Source of the DNA: Salpingoeca rosetta
Lineage: Eukaryota > Protista > Choanoflagellata
Direction: 5' to 3'
DNA length: 64,000 bases
Assembly: GCA_033442325.1 (NCBI GenBank)
Contig: JAWQFM010000006.1
Span: 1,081,200 to 1,145,199, forward strand
Of the stretch, positions 1 through 14,247 are shown one piece after another; the first letter of the stretch is position 1; each line of letters begins with the position of its first letter. Both the position numbers and the translations under genes were made by a program. A model generated the notes under the pieces. That model was not told the DNA's origin. It ran no database searches and was given only the letters and a program-made list of their open reading frames with translations.

Positions 1-1175
<1,175 letters not shown>

Positions 1176-1474
1176 CGTGTCCAGTGGCCTTTGCGAGTGC
1201 GACAACAACAACAACTGCAGCTGCAACCAACAACTTCAACAAACACCAACAGCAGCTGCAGTTGTCACTGACCCAAAAGCCAAACCAAACCCAAACACAC
1301 GCAACCCGCGAATGTGAAAATTGGTGAGTGTGGCAGCCACTTCTTTCAAGATAGGAAGGACCGAAGAGGGCGAACCAGCAACCCTCATTCTCACAAACAC
1401 ACCCACACACCCACACTGCTGCGACGACGGAAAGGACGTCAAGCAAAGCGAGCAAGCACAGCAGCACAGCCAAG

Positions 1475-2238
1475 ATGAGAACACGAAAAGCGGCGTCGCT
1501 TCTCCTCATCGCCCTGCTGGTCGGTGTTGGGGCGCTCGCCTTGCTGCGCAACATCCACTCGGACAACAAGGCAAGCCATTCCGCTGCGCAGCCAACGAGG
1601 CGCACGCACACGCGCACCCACATCACATGAACCACGTCGCACCGTCGTTTTGCAATGTGAACCAACCAAAACGCCTGCACACATCCCCCTGTGGCATCGC
1701 CGCGTTTTGATCCGCTCGCCTCACACATAGTCATGCTGCTCACCTCCGCCTGATGCCTGTGGCGTTCCACTTCCCCCCTCTACTCTCCAACTTCCCCCTC
1801 TCCACTTCTCTCTCTCTCTCTTGCCTCTGCTCAGGCCCCTACACAGTCACTGACCCGGGCGCTGCGGGAGCAGCGGTCACAGGAGCAGCGGTCGACGGCG
1901 TCGTCACGCCAGGAGCTCATCTCCAAAATCAACAACCTGCAGCACCAGGTCGATGGCCTCTCCCAGTCTGCGACGGAATTGATTGAGAAGCGGCAGCGGC
2001 TGCAGCAAGCCATCCACCAAAACGTGGTCAGCACCGCCCTGTTTCGCCAGGACGGCCGCTGCGGGCCCCAATACCCGGCACCAGGCGCGCCGGACTTTGG
2101 CCAGTGTGACCCCACAGCTGATGTACGCCCTGCGCATTTTGATGCCTGCACCATGCAAAACGCCTCCTTCACTTCCAGATACTCGCTCACTTCTCACCTG
2201 GCTTCCTGCCTGTTCTTGCTGTTCACATGCTGTTGTGG

Positions 2239-2301
<63 letters not shown>

Positions 2302-2652
2302 CTCTTGTCCACTTCCTCGCGCCCTTCACAATTCCAGGCTGACCAGAAGGGACCATGCTGCAACCCCGGGACGTGAGTGCACGCTGGCGTTTTGGTGCCT
2401 TCACTGCTCTACAGCTCATTTTGGTGTCGCGTTCATGACCCTGGGGTTGAAAGTTGTTGATATTGTTCTTCGTGTACCACCTCCTTCTCACATTTGCGTG
2501 ATGCTCACATGCCCCCGAATATCCGTGCACCTTGTGGCAAATTCAGAGGCTGGTGTGGCAACGTGCGTGGTGTGACTTGGGGCCACTGCCACTGCCCGGA
2601 CTGCGTTGACTACAGCAAGAACGAGGAGAGCATCAAAATGGCCGAACAACAC

Positions 2653-2698
<46 letters not shown>

Positions 2699-5133
2699 CA
2701 CAAAAGCCGCGCCAGTTACCCCCTGCTGAAAAGGATGCAAGTGAGAAGCAACAGGACAAGAAGGACGCATCGCCGCCGCCACCACCACCAAAGTTCAGGT
2801 TCGTGGGCCACTTGCAACCTCTTATGGGACTGGCAACTGCGCAAGCGGAAACACTTTGCTGCTTCTCAGTCCGTCACTGTTGTTTGCCTCTGTCTTGTGT
2901 TTTGGTTTCGCGCTCACCATGGCACTGTGAACCACATCATCTGCACTGTCGTCTTGTTGGCAGGACCGATGGGCGTTGCGGGCCCATGTACCCTGCACCA
3001 GGCGCGACTATTGGCGAATGCGATCCTTACGCCGACGTGAGTGCGCTTACATGTGGCAATATCTTGCCTGCAAGCAACAGAATTGCCGTTTGTTTTGCTC
3101 CACACTCAGTTTGTGTGCTCGCTTCCTTTTCAGCCTGAGCATCCTCTCTGTTTCCCCATATCATAGCTTACGTCCCCACTCCCACTCGATTATCCGCACG
3201 TGTGCATTCGACTTTGTTGTTAATAGGGCGACCAAAAGGGGCCTTGCTGCAACCCAAGCAGGTACTGCATCCAACCCCCTTGATTCATTTCACTTTTGCC
3301 TGCATCACCCTGCATGCTATTCATGTCAGTAGTCAGTGCCTCCTTCGCTGCTACCCCAATTTCCACGCACAGACTCACGTCTTTCTCTCTCTGGAATTGC
3401 CGCCGCGCGTCACATGTCTCTCTGATCTCACTGCTCTGCCAAATTGCCATCAGTGGATGGTGTGGGAACGTGCGCGACGTGCACTGGGGTCACTGCGACT
3501 GCGAGGACTGCGTCGATTACAGCAGCGTCTATCACGTGGTGCAGCCCCGCAAACCAGAGCAGCGCTCCTCCAGTGCATCCGAAAAGGACAAGCAGCAGGA
3601 ACTTCCTCGATTTCGGTAAAGAAGAAGCTCACACATCATGACAGAGCATGGTTTTCTGAACCCCCCCCCCTCTTGTGCCTGAAATGTGACGCCTCTGTCT
3701 CAACACGTGTACCTGTGTCTGTGTTGTGCCGCGCAGGAGTGACGGGCGGTGTGGTCCACGTTTCCCCGCACCAGGCGCGCCCACGTATGGAGAATGCGAC
3801 CCACACTCAGGTACAGTACATTCTGTGTGTGTGTGTGTGTGCGTGTGCGTGTGTGCGTGTGTGCGTGTGTGTGATTGTGTGATCGTGGTCGTGCCTTGCG
3901 ATACAATGCAACACCCCCAGCCACACCCTCGAGTTGCATCCTGCACGCCAACGATGCCCAGCTCACTCGCCCACACACTCGCCCACACACTTGCACCCCA
4001 CCTCCACCACCATTTTGGCTTGCTTGCTTTACGGCCAGACGGAGACCAGCAAGGGCCGTGCTGCAACCCGGACAGCGGGTACTGCGGCAACATCCGCGGT
4101 GTGCTCTGGGGCCACTGCGACTGCCCAGACTGCCGTGATTTCAGCAGAGAGCACAAGCACAGCAACGCTGATGGTGGGTGGGGCCTGGCACAGTTGAGTG
4201 CCGGCAGCAGCGACAGCGAAGATGATGGTGAGGAGGTTGGGACGACACGACGATGCGATGCTCTGTTGTCCAAGGGGAAGGCAGGTTGGACGGAGCAGGA
4301 GCCCGTGTGCCGCCCCCTCTTCTCAAACGTCGACTTTTCCCTTCGAAAGGACTCCAAAGTCGCCTGCAGGTCCGTCGTGTGTGTGCTGTGTGTGCTGTGT
4401 GTGCTGTGTGTGTTGCGTATGCGCGCATGTATGTGTGTGTGTGCTGTGTGTGTGTGTTGCGTATGCGCGCATGTATCTCTCTTTCTCTGTCTCTCTGTCT
4501 CTGTCTCTTTCTCTCTGTCTCCCTCTGCCTCCCTCTCTCTCCCTGTGTACCCACTGCACCCCGTGCTCCCGAGCACCGGAATCAACTCACTCCACCTCAC
4601 CACAACAACAGGCACAATGACGCGTTGGGAGCAAACGCCTGCGCTGCAACGAATATGCACTTCTCTTCGCCCAACGATATCACCTCCATCACCGCCACGT
4701 GTCTCATGTCACTACCAGAGAGCCAGCTGGCTCGATATAAGGTGCGTTGGTGTGCTTTGCTCTGTGTGTGTGTGTGCTTATCCCTGGCCGGGTTGCTTGT
4801 CATTGTCATCTGCCTTCTCTTGCAGCTTTCTCACCCCACATGCCACATGTCACATCCCGCAACCCACATCCCCGCATCCCACACGTGCACACGTGCACTT
4901 GCATCGACGTCCCCGTTCGAATGGCACGACAGGGCGACTCCCCTGCTGATGCCATTGTTCGTGCGCTGGCCGCGCGTTCCGACAGCAACGGCTACCTGTC
5001 CTCCGTACGTTGCCCCAGCATGCGCGCAGAGTTGCTGTGCTTACACGTGTGCTGATAATGAACCGCAGGTACTGTTGTCTTTCCCACAGTGCCCGACTCC
5101 CAATCCCGTGCTCACGCCTGCCTCTGCTTTAAT

Positions 5134-5221
<88 letters not shown>

Positions 5222-6065
5222 TTGCTGATAGTGCACGGCTTGGAGCGATGCGCCACTTCTCGTCATGCAACAGAGTGCTGCCGTCACCAGCACTCTTTTC
5301 GCCGCGCACCAGGTCTGCAAGCACATATGTGTGTGTGTGTGTATTTTGTGGATGTAGTCGTGTGGGTGTGGTCGTGTGCAGAGTGCCGCCAAGCTCTACT
5401 GGATCGTTTCATGGTATGCAAGTGGGTACGCATTCATTTGTCACTCACAGCCCACTTGCACAACCGCTGCTGCTTGTTTGTTCGCGCGCGCGTGTGGGTC
5501 ACAGGCTGTTTCGCTGTTTGGCCACAAGCTCTCCGACGTGGATGTGCTGCTCACAAATGAGGTGCGCGCGCACTTTGTGCACGAAGTACAAAAGGGCACG
5601 CGTGCTGTGATCCTGACACATCGTCTCATCTAGGCGCGCGTGGCACCCACGTGCACGGCGCTGGCTACTCATCTGTCCCCTTTTGGCTGCATTCCTTCCT
5701 CTCACCCCCGTCTCATCCTCGTGACATTGCATTTCCTGCCCATGTCTTTGTCAACACCACCACTGCCATCACCATTACTGGTGCCACGTTCAAGGCGGCT
5801 GAAACAGCGCCTTGGTTCTCTGTTGCACGAAGCGTCATGGAGGTGACAGACATCACACCAACCACATGCTATCCAACAGTCATCTTCGCCCACTCTGGCG
5901 CCACGTGAGTCTGTGTTGCAATGGCGCGTCTTTGTAGCGTGAGACTGTAGGCTTGTGCATGTGCGTGTGAAGTGATATGATGTCAATGTGCTTCTGGCAT
6001 GTACACCCACCTTTACCATGCGTGAACAAGCGTTGCGCAGCGTGCACTGTTCACACACACACACA

Positions 6066-6096
<31 letters not shown>

Positions 6097-6468
6097 GAAT
6101 GCGTGTTTGCTTGCAGATCCTTCTTTGAGACCCGCGATGCCCTTGATTGCTCCGTACGTTCACTCCACTTGCCAGTCTCTGTCTCTTATAGCCACCCACA
6201 CCCGCTTGCAATCTCGCCTGCACATGTGTGTGTGTGTGTGTGTGTGTGCAGCCCTCTTCCCTCTGCCTTGTAGCCTTGCGCCTGTCTCGTGCAGTTTTTC
6301 ACATCTGTGGCATGTGCTTATGACAAATCACACCACCACACTACACGACTCCTGTGTTTCAAATACCGAAAACAGGCGACGGCTGTGCAGACGTGCGAAG
6401 ATTTTCTCAAGATCATCGCAACCCTCAACGTCCCAAAGCCGGAATGCCCGCAAGAGCTCTCTGCTTAG
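1475..6468 (+). CDS. Type II membrane protein with a coiled-coil stem, three Cys-rich hevein/chitin-binding type-1 (CBM18-like) repeats and an uncharacterised C-terminal domain
   Basis: N-terminal MRTRKAASLLLIALLVGVGALALL anchor. Three spliced repeats FRxDGRCGPxxPAPGA...CDPxxD(G/A)DQxGPCCNP.xG(W/Y)CGNxRxVxWGHCxCxDCxD(Y/F)S at ~2041-2615, 2794-3525 and 3610-4145. Later exons at ~4612, 5504, 5794, 6116 and 6376-6468 (ends ...ECPQELSA*). The 3' exon structure is uncertain. Confidence 0.65.
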
Positions 6469-6860
6469 ATATCAATCAACAGTTGCGCAGGTGTTGGCCG
6501 TGTGCTGCGCCACTTGTCTTGTGCAAGCAGCACAGTGATCAACCATCGCGCACGCGCCTCGCACGATGTTGCCTCGATAGAGATAATGTGTAGCAGCTCA
6601 ATTTGTCCTGCCTTACATACGCCAAGTTGTCCAATTCTAGCCGTAGTCACCTGCCCATCCTCATCATCGTCGTCACCACCTGATCTTGTTACCATGTGCG
6701 GCTCTGAGCACGTTGTTACATCGCGCAGTACAGTGTAGTGCTGCTATTGATTCTTTGTTCCTGTCTTTCCTTTCCTCCCGCCCCCTTGCTGTTTGATTGC
6801 AGTTGTTGCGTGACGTGACAGTTGCGTGTCTTGTGACGATGTCTCGTGATGTCCATCTTG

Positions 6861-6945
6861 TTAGCTGTTGCACAGCAGCACCTCTCCTGTTATGTACCCG
6901 TTCACTTCTGCCCTGCCGCTTTGAAAGCACTGAATACACATAACG

Positions 6946-7023
<78 letters not shown>

Positions 7024-7139
7024 GCAAGCAAGCAAGCAAGCAGGCATACAGTTGGCTTTGCTGTTTGTACCTCGCGTGCAGCGACATCCTCGGCCCAGTT
7101 GCCGACACGGCAGTTGGGGGTGTACGAGCGGTGTGCCAT
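6861..7139 (-). pseudogene. CFAP161 (C15orf26)-like N-terminal fragment; truncated or incompletely assembled
   Basis: Exon 7139-7071 MAHRSYTPNCRVGNWAEDVAARE|gtacaa resembles the CFAP161 N-terminus (YxPxVRxGNWxED). After a GT-repeat intron only CFQSGRAEVNGYITGEVLLCNS* is found. Confidence 0.4.
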
Positions 7140-7365
7140 GGCCTGTTGTGGTGTTGGGGTGTGTTGCCTTGCTTGCTTGCTTGCTTGCTTGCCTTTCTCG
7201 TCTGTGTTCTGCTTTCTCTGTCTTGGGGTTGGTTGCCAGGGAAAATTTGCCTTTGACTGAAAGTCATTTCTGCCCTTCTTCCAGAGAAAGGACCACAACA
7301 CAAACACAGCACGCCACGCTGCATTCACTGCACTCACTGCCCTCACGAACAAGCACACACGCAGC

Positions 7366-7645
7366 ATGCGCGAGGACAACCTGACTGTTGGGGGTGGCGG
7401 CTTTGGCCATGGCTTTTGGGGCCAGCCAACGTCGTCCATCGACTGGTGTGAGGAAAACTACGTGGTGTCACACTACATTGCCGAGTTTTACAACACCGTG
7501 TCGTCGCTGGTCATTGCGTTGTTTGGGTTGTACGGCGCCATGCACTGGCGCTCTATCGGCCACGAGCCCCGCTTCATGGCCCTCTGGGCGTCCATTATCT
7601 GCGTCGGCATTGGTACACGTTTGTGTGTCCTGTGTGTGGTGTGTC

Positions 7646-7724
<79 letters not shown>

Positions 7725-8744
7725 GTGCTCATTCATGTACGCCACCAGCAAGTTGTGTCTTCTCTGTCGTGCAATTTGCTGCCGAGTTTGTGTCCGCGCG
7801 TGGTCGTCTGCTCTTTGTGCTTGTTTGTGCTTTTGCGTGCCTGTGTTTGACCTTGCTATGTGCACTTTCCCGCACTTACATGCAGTCCTTGACTCGCTTG
7901 CTCCCCTGCACAACCACTTGTGTGTAGGTTCGGCTCTGTTCCACGGCACGCTGCTGTTCTCTATGCAGATGATGGACGAGCTGCCCATGGTGTATGCCAT
8001 GTTGGTGTGGCTGTACATTTGGATTGAGAATGAGACCGAGACGCCGCGGAAGAAATACCTGCCCGCCTTCCTCGCCGCATATGGCGTGTTCTGGACCTTT
8101 GTCCACACCTACCTCGGCTTTGCCACCATCTTCCAGGTCGAGTGAGGGCGTGCGTGTGCGTGTGGGTGTGTGTGGGTGTGCAGACACTCGTGCGTTGCGT
8201 AGAGAAACGATGCACATATTTCTGCTTGCATTTGTGCATGCCATGCTATCCACTGCCTCACGGCCCGCGACCCACCTCACTTTTGTCACACACTCACGTC
8301 ACAGATTCACTTTGGGTTGCTGGTGGTTGCGGGCTACACGTTTGTTGGTCGCTTCGCCTTCAAGACACAAGACCCGAGGGTGCGTTCGAGCGACCGTTTG
8401 CCCATGCTCTCATACAGTTGTGTTGTTGTCTGTTGGTCCTGTCTGTCCACCGCTTTGCTCCCAGGTCCTGCTCTCACCTGACACAAATCTGCTTGTACGT
8501 GTGTTTGTTCTTGTGTGTGTTTTGTGTTTGTGGTTTACATTAGATCAAGTGGTTCAGTGTGCTGTATGTTGCGCCGTTTGTGCTCGCGTTTGCGCTCTGG
8601 AGCACGGAGCGCATCTTCTGCTCCAGCGTCCGCCCATTCCAAGTCAGTACCCACACACACACACACACACACAGACATAAAGATACATGGACACATATGC
8701 ACACACACGCACACACACGCACACACACGCACACACACACACAC

Positions 8745-8813
<69 letters not shown>

Positions 8814-9291
8814 GACAGACGGACACGCACACATATGCACGCATGGCTGTCGCTGCGGTTGCCTGCGATGGGTGCCCAGCACCCATTCCTGACACTACAA
8901 TGCCCTCACCCCAATGCCTGCTGCCTTCGTTTGCAGTTTCATGCATGGTGGCACGTTCTCTCCGGAATCAGGTTTGTTGGTTTGCCTGCTCTGTGCGTTG
9001 CATAGTCACTCTGTTGCGTCTTCTTTGCGTGCGCGTGCGCGTGCGCGTATGTGTGCGTGCACGTGTCTTCTTCTCCTCCTCACCTCCTTCACCGTGTAAC
9101 CAACACACACACACACACACACACATCCCAACGCCCTGCCATGAAACCTGGCGTGGTGGGACAGCTGCTACTTCAGCGTGGTGCTGGCCACAAGTGCCCG
9201 CCACGAGCAGCTGGGGAAGAAGATGAAAGTGTCTTTCTCGTCACTCGCGCTTCCCGTCGTGCATCCCGTGCACAACGCAAAAACGGACTAA
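7366..9291 (+). CDS. ACER3: Alkaline ceramidase (ACER3/YPC1-like, CREST superfamily)
   Basis: [35 protein letters not shown]|[17 protein letters not shown] and [11 protein letters not shown] (Zn-binding His motifs). About 6 exons, ending ...HPVHNAKTD*. Confidence 0.9.
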
Positions 9292-9305
9292 ACAACAACA
9301 GCAGT

Positions 9306-9494
<189 letters not shown>

Positions 9495-10136
9495 GGCAGG
9501 ATGATCGTAGCTTTCAGAACAGGAGGTGGAGGAGGTGTCCTTGTGAACTGAGTCTTCTGCTGAGATTTTGGCCTTTCCTTGCATGCATGCACGTGCTGTG
9601 TTTACACCACCCCCTTGCATGTCCATTTTGCTGTCAATGTTTGTTCTACTGTGCACACCCTTGTACGTTTGTTTTCATGAAGCATGGTTTCACATCACAC
9701 AACATTCAGTGCATTTGGTTTCTCTTTCTTTCCCAATGACATTGGGGGCGCTCACATTTTCTGCCCGTCCAGTTTACTTTCCATGTGTTGTTGTGTTTCT
9801 TCATGTCACTCTCTCGAGATCGTTTTCGCTTCTCCGCCGCCACAAGTAGCTGCAGTCTTTTCGAGTCATTTCAGCCACGCTAGCTTTTTCCTTCATTATT
9901 GGGCACGCTGCATCACGTTCCTGCTGTTCATTGGTAGCTGGCGAGCGTTTGTATACAACAGTGGACGAAAGCACGCAGGAAAGCACGCGCGTGGGCGAGC
10001 ACACAAAGCAATCAATCAACCAAACAACCCAAGCGAGCCGCGGGGTTGTCAACACGCTGCCAACACGCTGTCAACGCGCTGCCAACACACACCGCCAACA
10101 AGGATGTATCCAGCCAACCGTCCGTGCTCCTGCGCA

Positions 10137-10714
10137 TCACTGCGTACCAGCGTCGTCCATCGCCACAACAACTACAGGCACGTTGCCACTGCCGCCAGCG
10201 AAGGTGTGCGTGCCCTCTCCCGTGTTCACGACCAGTGCACGGGCATCCCTTGCAGGCAGCTTGATGGTGACCTCATCAAACGGGAGTGCAAAGGACGACG
10301 ATGATGGTGATGGTGTGCGCACTGGAAGGTACGACACGAAGCGTTTGGTGACGCGCAGAGAGCACGTGACAGCCTCCTCGTCTGCACACACGTCGAGCGT
10401 GAAGACGAATTGGGTGCCGGCGTTGGAGATGCCATCATCCTCAATGTGGCGGACACACGTGCGACCCGGGCGCTGGGAAAAGTACAGCGTGAACACGCGG
10501 CCGCCGCACCCGTCACGCGAAATCTCCTGTTGGGTTCGATGGCGGTGGTGATGGCGATGGTTGGAAGGGAAGTGAGAAGAGCAGTGAAATGGTTCGAAAG
10601 GGGGGGGGGGGGGGGTTGAATTGGAATGGAAAGGCGATGTCGGTCATTCACAAAGCACGCACGCACGCACGCACGCATGAACACAAATACGCACGCACAC
10701 ACACACACAGACAG

Positions 10715-10794
<80 letters not shown>

Positions 10795-11640
10795 ACATTG
10801 ACACTCTCCCCCTGCGCTACAATTGCAGTTGTCGCCTGACCTCTGTTGAGCGCGAGGGGGGCGATGCGAGTGTGCAGATCACAGATGCGTCCCGCACATA
10901 TGTGATGGGCAGTGGGGATGACAGCGGGCAGTGGGCGGTGTACGTGCGACCACCCGCCAACCACGTGCTGCTGGCAACGTCGTACCACAGCGTCTTGGCA
11001 CCACAAGCTGTGTCGGTTTGGTTAAGGGGGGGGGGAGGGGTCGTCGTGAGCACGAGGGTTTCAGGTGATGGTACGCAGAGGGCACACGGTAACGAAAGCA
11101 CTGGAGAGGGAAGCTTTGTGCACACAACAGACATGTGCACAGACAGATAGACAGATAGACAGACACACACACAGACAGGTAGACATGTACACAGACAGAC
11201 AAAGACAGACAGACAGACACACACACACACTCACACACACACACACAGACACACACATAAACACACAGACACACACCCACACACGCGCACATGCATGAAC
11301 GAACCTGTTGGCAGGTAGACCTGGCGAGCCGTTGTGCCCGGGATGTAGATTGGGCAGACGAGAAGGGCGCTTCCAACCATGAAATCGCACGAGGAGCAAT
11401 CGCGCACGTGGCGGTCGGCCTGAGCAATGGGGCATGAGGGGGATGGAGGGATATGTGGAGGTGCGGGTGAGGTTATGGATGGCAAGGTGTGTTTACTCGA
11501 GGGGTTGGCGTGGAAGGCGATGCAACAAGGAGGTGAGGGGTACACACACAAATACAAACGCAGACAGATAGACAGTCAATCACAGACAAACAAACAAACA
11601 GACAGACAGACAGACCCACACACAGACAGACAGACAGACG

Positions 11641-11696
<56 letters not shown>

Positions 11697-11767
11697 GCCA
11701 GACACACAGACAGACAGACAGGCAGACAGACAGACACAGACACACACACCCACACACCCACACACAC

Positions 11768-11837
<70 letters not shown>

Positions 11838-14216
11838 TGCACCTTTGCGTCTGGGAGCCCCCAGCAGTTGCGGTCATCGGGAAACTCAAGGACAAGCGGG
11901 CGGGTGATGGGGAGACCAGACACGTGCGCATCGTAGTGGAGGGTGTACATGAAGGGGTGGTGCAGGTACCGCTGCTGTATGCACGCGCGCACAACATCAA
12001 CCGACGTCGCATAGCTCCACGGCTCCGTGCATGTGTTGTCGCTGTTCCAACTGCAGGTGGTGGGTGGGTGGATGCGGGCGTGGAAGAGGGGGGCGGGGAG
12101 AGGGAGTGAGTTGTAAGAGGAGGGGTGAAATGCGCTGGGAAAAACAGAAAGCAGAACGCAAAGAATGCATCGATGGAGGGATGAACGGGAGGGAAGAAGG
12201 GATGAAAGGTAGAGGTGGAATGGAGGAGAGAGGGAGAGAGATAAAAAGAAAGAAGGGGTGAGCATGGGTGTTCCTGCATCTTCAGTGCAGGCATTCCATC
12301 CCACGAGCCCCACTACCTGTGGATGGAGAAGCGAGGCATGAAGATGGCTGCCTGTATCCAGCGCAACAACAGCTCCTCCGAGGGCCTTGGCCCTGCAAAC
12401 GCCCCAATGTCGTGTCCGTTGAACGGCCACCCGCACAGCCCGAGTGACAGGCCCATTGGCGTGTTCCACTGCAGCGTCTTCCAGCTCGTGCGGTTGTCGC
12501 CAGACCATGTCTGCGTGCAGTACCTGACGTCGTGGTGGTGGGTGCGTGTGACGGGAGAGTGAGCGGGTTCGGAGGGGGGACGGGATGTGCGTTCGTGTAT
12601 GTGTATGTGCGCACATGCGTGTATGCGCGTGTATGTGCTGGGATTGGTAAAGACGTGTAACGTAGGCAGGATGTATGGCTCGTGCGTGTGTGCTAGCACG
12701 CACATCACGCACCACACCGTCTCGCCGCCACATTGATGACTCACCGCTGCATGCCGAGGGATCCCGATCGCGAAACGACGACGGGGCGCTCTGCAGGCCG
12801 CTCAGCAAGCAGCGCACTGGTGGTGGTGGTGGTGGCAACGTGATGTGGTGTGGTGTGGTGTGGTGTGATGTGGTGTGAGGGTGTGTGTGTGATGTGATGT
12901 GGTGTGAGGGTGTGTGTGTCAAGAAACCGATGTGTGTGTGTGTGTATGGCCGGGGGGGGGTTATGCTGATTGCCGGACATGTGTCTGCACGACTGTGTCG
13001 TTGTGAGAAGCACTGCAATCACAATCACCTCATTGAGCTCATTGCCATGAGCAATCCCTGAATTGGACGCATCAGCGACATTGGCATGCCCGATCCGCAC
13101 ACCAGCATCCCATCGTCCACCTGATCATCATTGCCATGTGTGTGTGTGTGCATGTTGTGTTGTGCGTGTACGTGTTCGTGTACGTGTGTGTGTTTGGTGG
13201 GTATGTGTTAGAAGCCTTCGTTCTGCGATATGAGATGAGCACAGCGTGTGCTCGCCACATTCACACCCATCACACCACGTACACCGACAGCCACACTAAC
13301 AAGCCCGTGCCAGCGCACCTCGTATTCGTTGTTGTCGTTCCAGAGCGCCCTTGCTCCCTTTTGGATAAGCTGTGTACGGCAGCGGTCCGCCCACCACCTG
13401 TTGCGACGATTTGGGAACACGCGATTTGGACAACAGAAGCCAGGGGGGGGGCAGCATGGGCCGGTGTGAACCAAATCACGCACACACGCAGACACAGATA
13501 CAGGCACACAAGCAGACACAGACACAGCAGGGATGGATGATGCATACCTGAATCCTTCCTTTGAGGAGAAGTCGATGTAGGACCCACGGGAGAAAGTGCC
13601 TGGACGAGGGAAGGAGCAAGGGGGTTGAGGGAAGGCTGGTGCACACAGCGACAGGGCGAGGTAGAAAGCGGGAGGGAGAGGAAGAGGAACGCAGACACAC
13701 ACACACACACACAAAAAATGTACTCCCACGCACACAGACACAGACACAGACACAGACACAGACACAGACACAGACACAGACACACACACACACACAGACA
13801 CACACACACAGACACACACAGCGACCCACGCAAACACAACAAACGATCATGGGCTGAGTTGACTGACCAGCACCGCCAGACCAGAACAGGCCGACATATG
13901 GACGGGACGGATCGTCCGGATCGCGGACACACACGCCGCTGGCAACCGCACGCGCGTACTCGGGGTGGCTGTCGGCAAGCAGCCACGGCTTGATGTTGGG
14001 CAGCACGCGCATGTGCGCCTGTGAAGGAAAGAGGAGGATGATGCGTGTGCACGGTGAAGGTGAGGGAGCGGATGGCACACGCTCGCACACACACATGCAC
14101 AGACACGGGGACATGGAAGCAGAAGGCAACGAGAACAAGACGTGGTGATGCAAAGAGGCGATGAAGGAAGAAGTCAAAGAACATACATACACACACATAC
14201 ACACACAGACAGACAC

Positions 14217-14247
<31 letters not shown>

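Noticed and set aside
2041-4145. Spaced repeats as a possible CRISPR-like or mobile array
   Set aside because: The similarity is at protein level across spliced exons; there are no identical DNA direct repeats with spacers.
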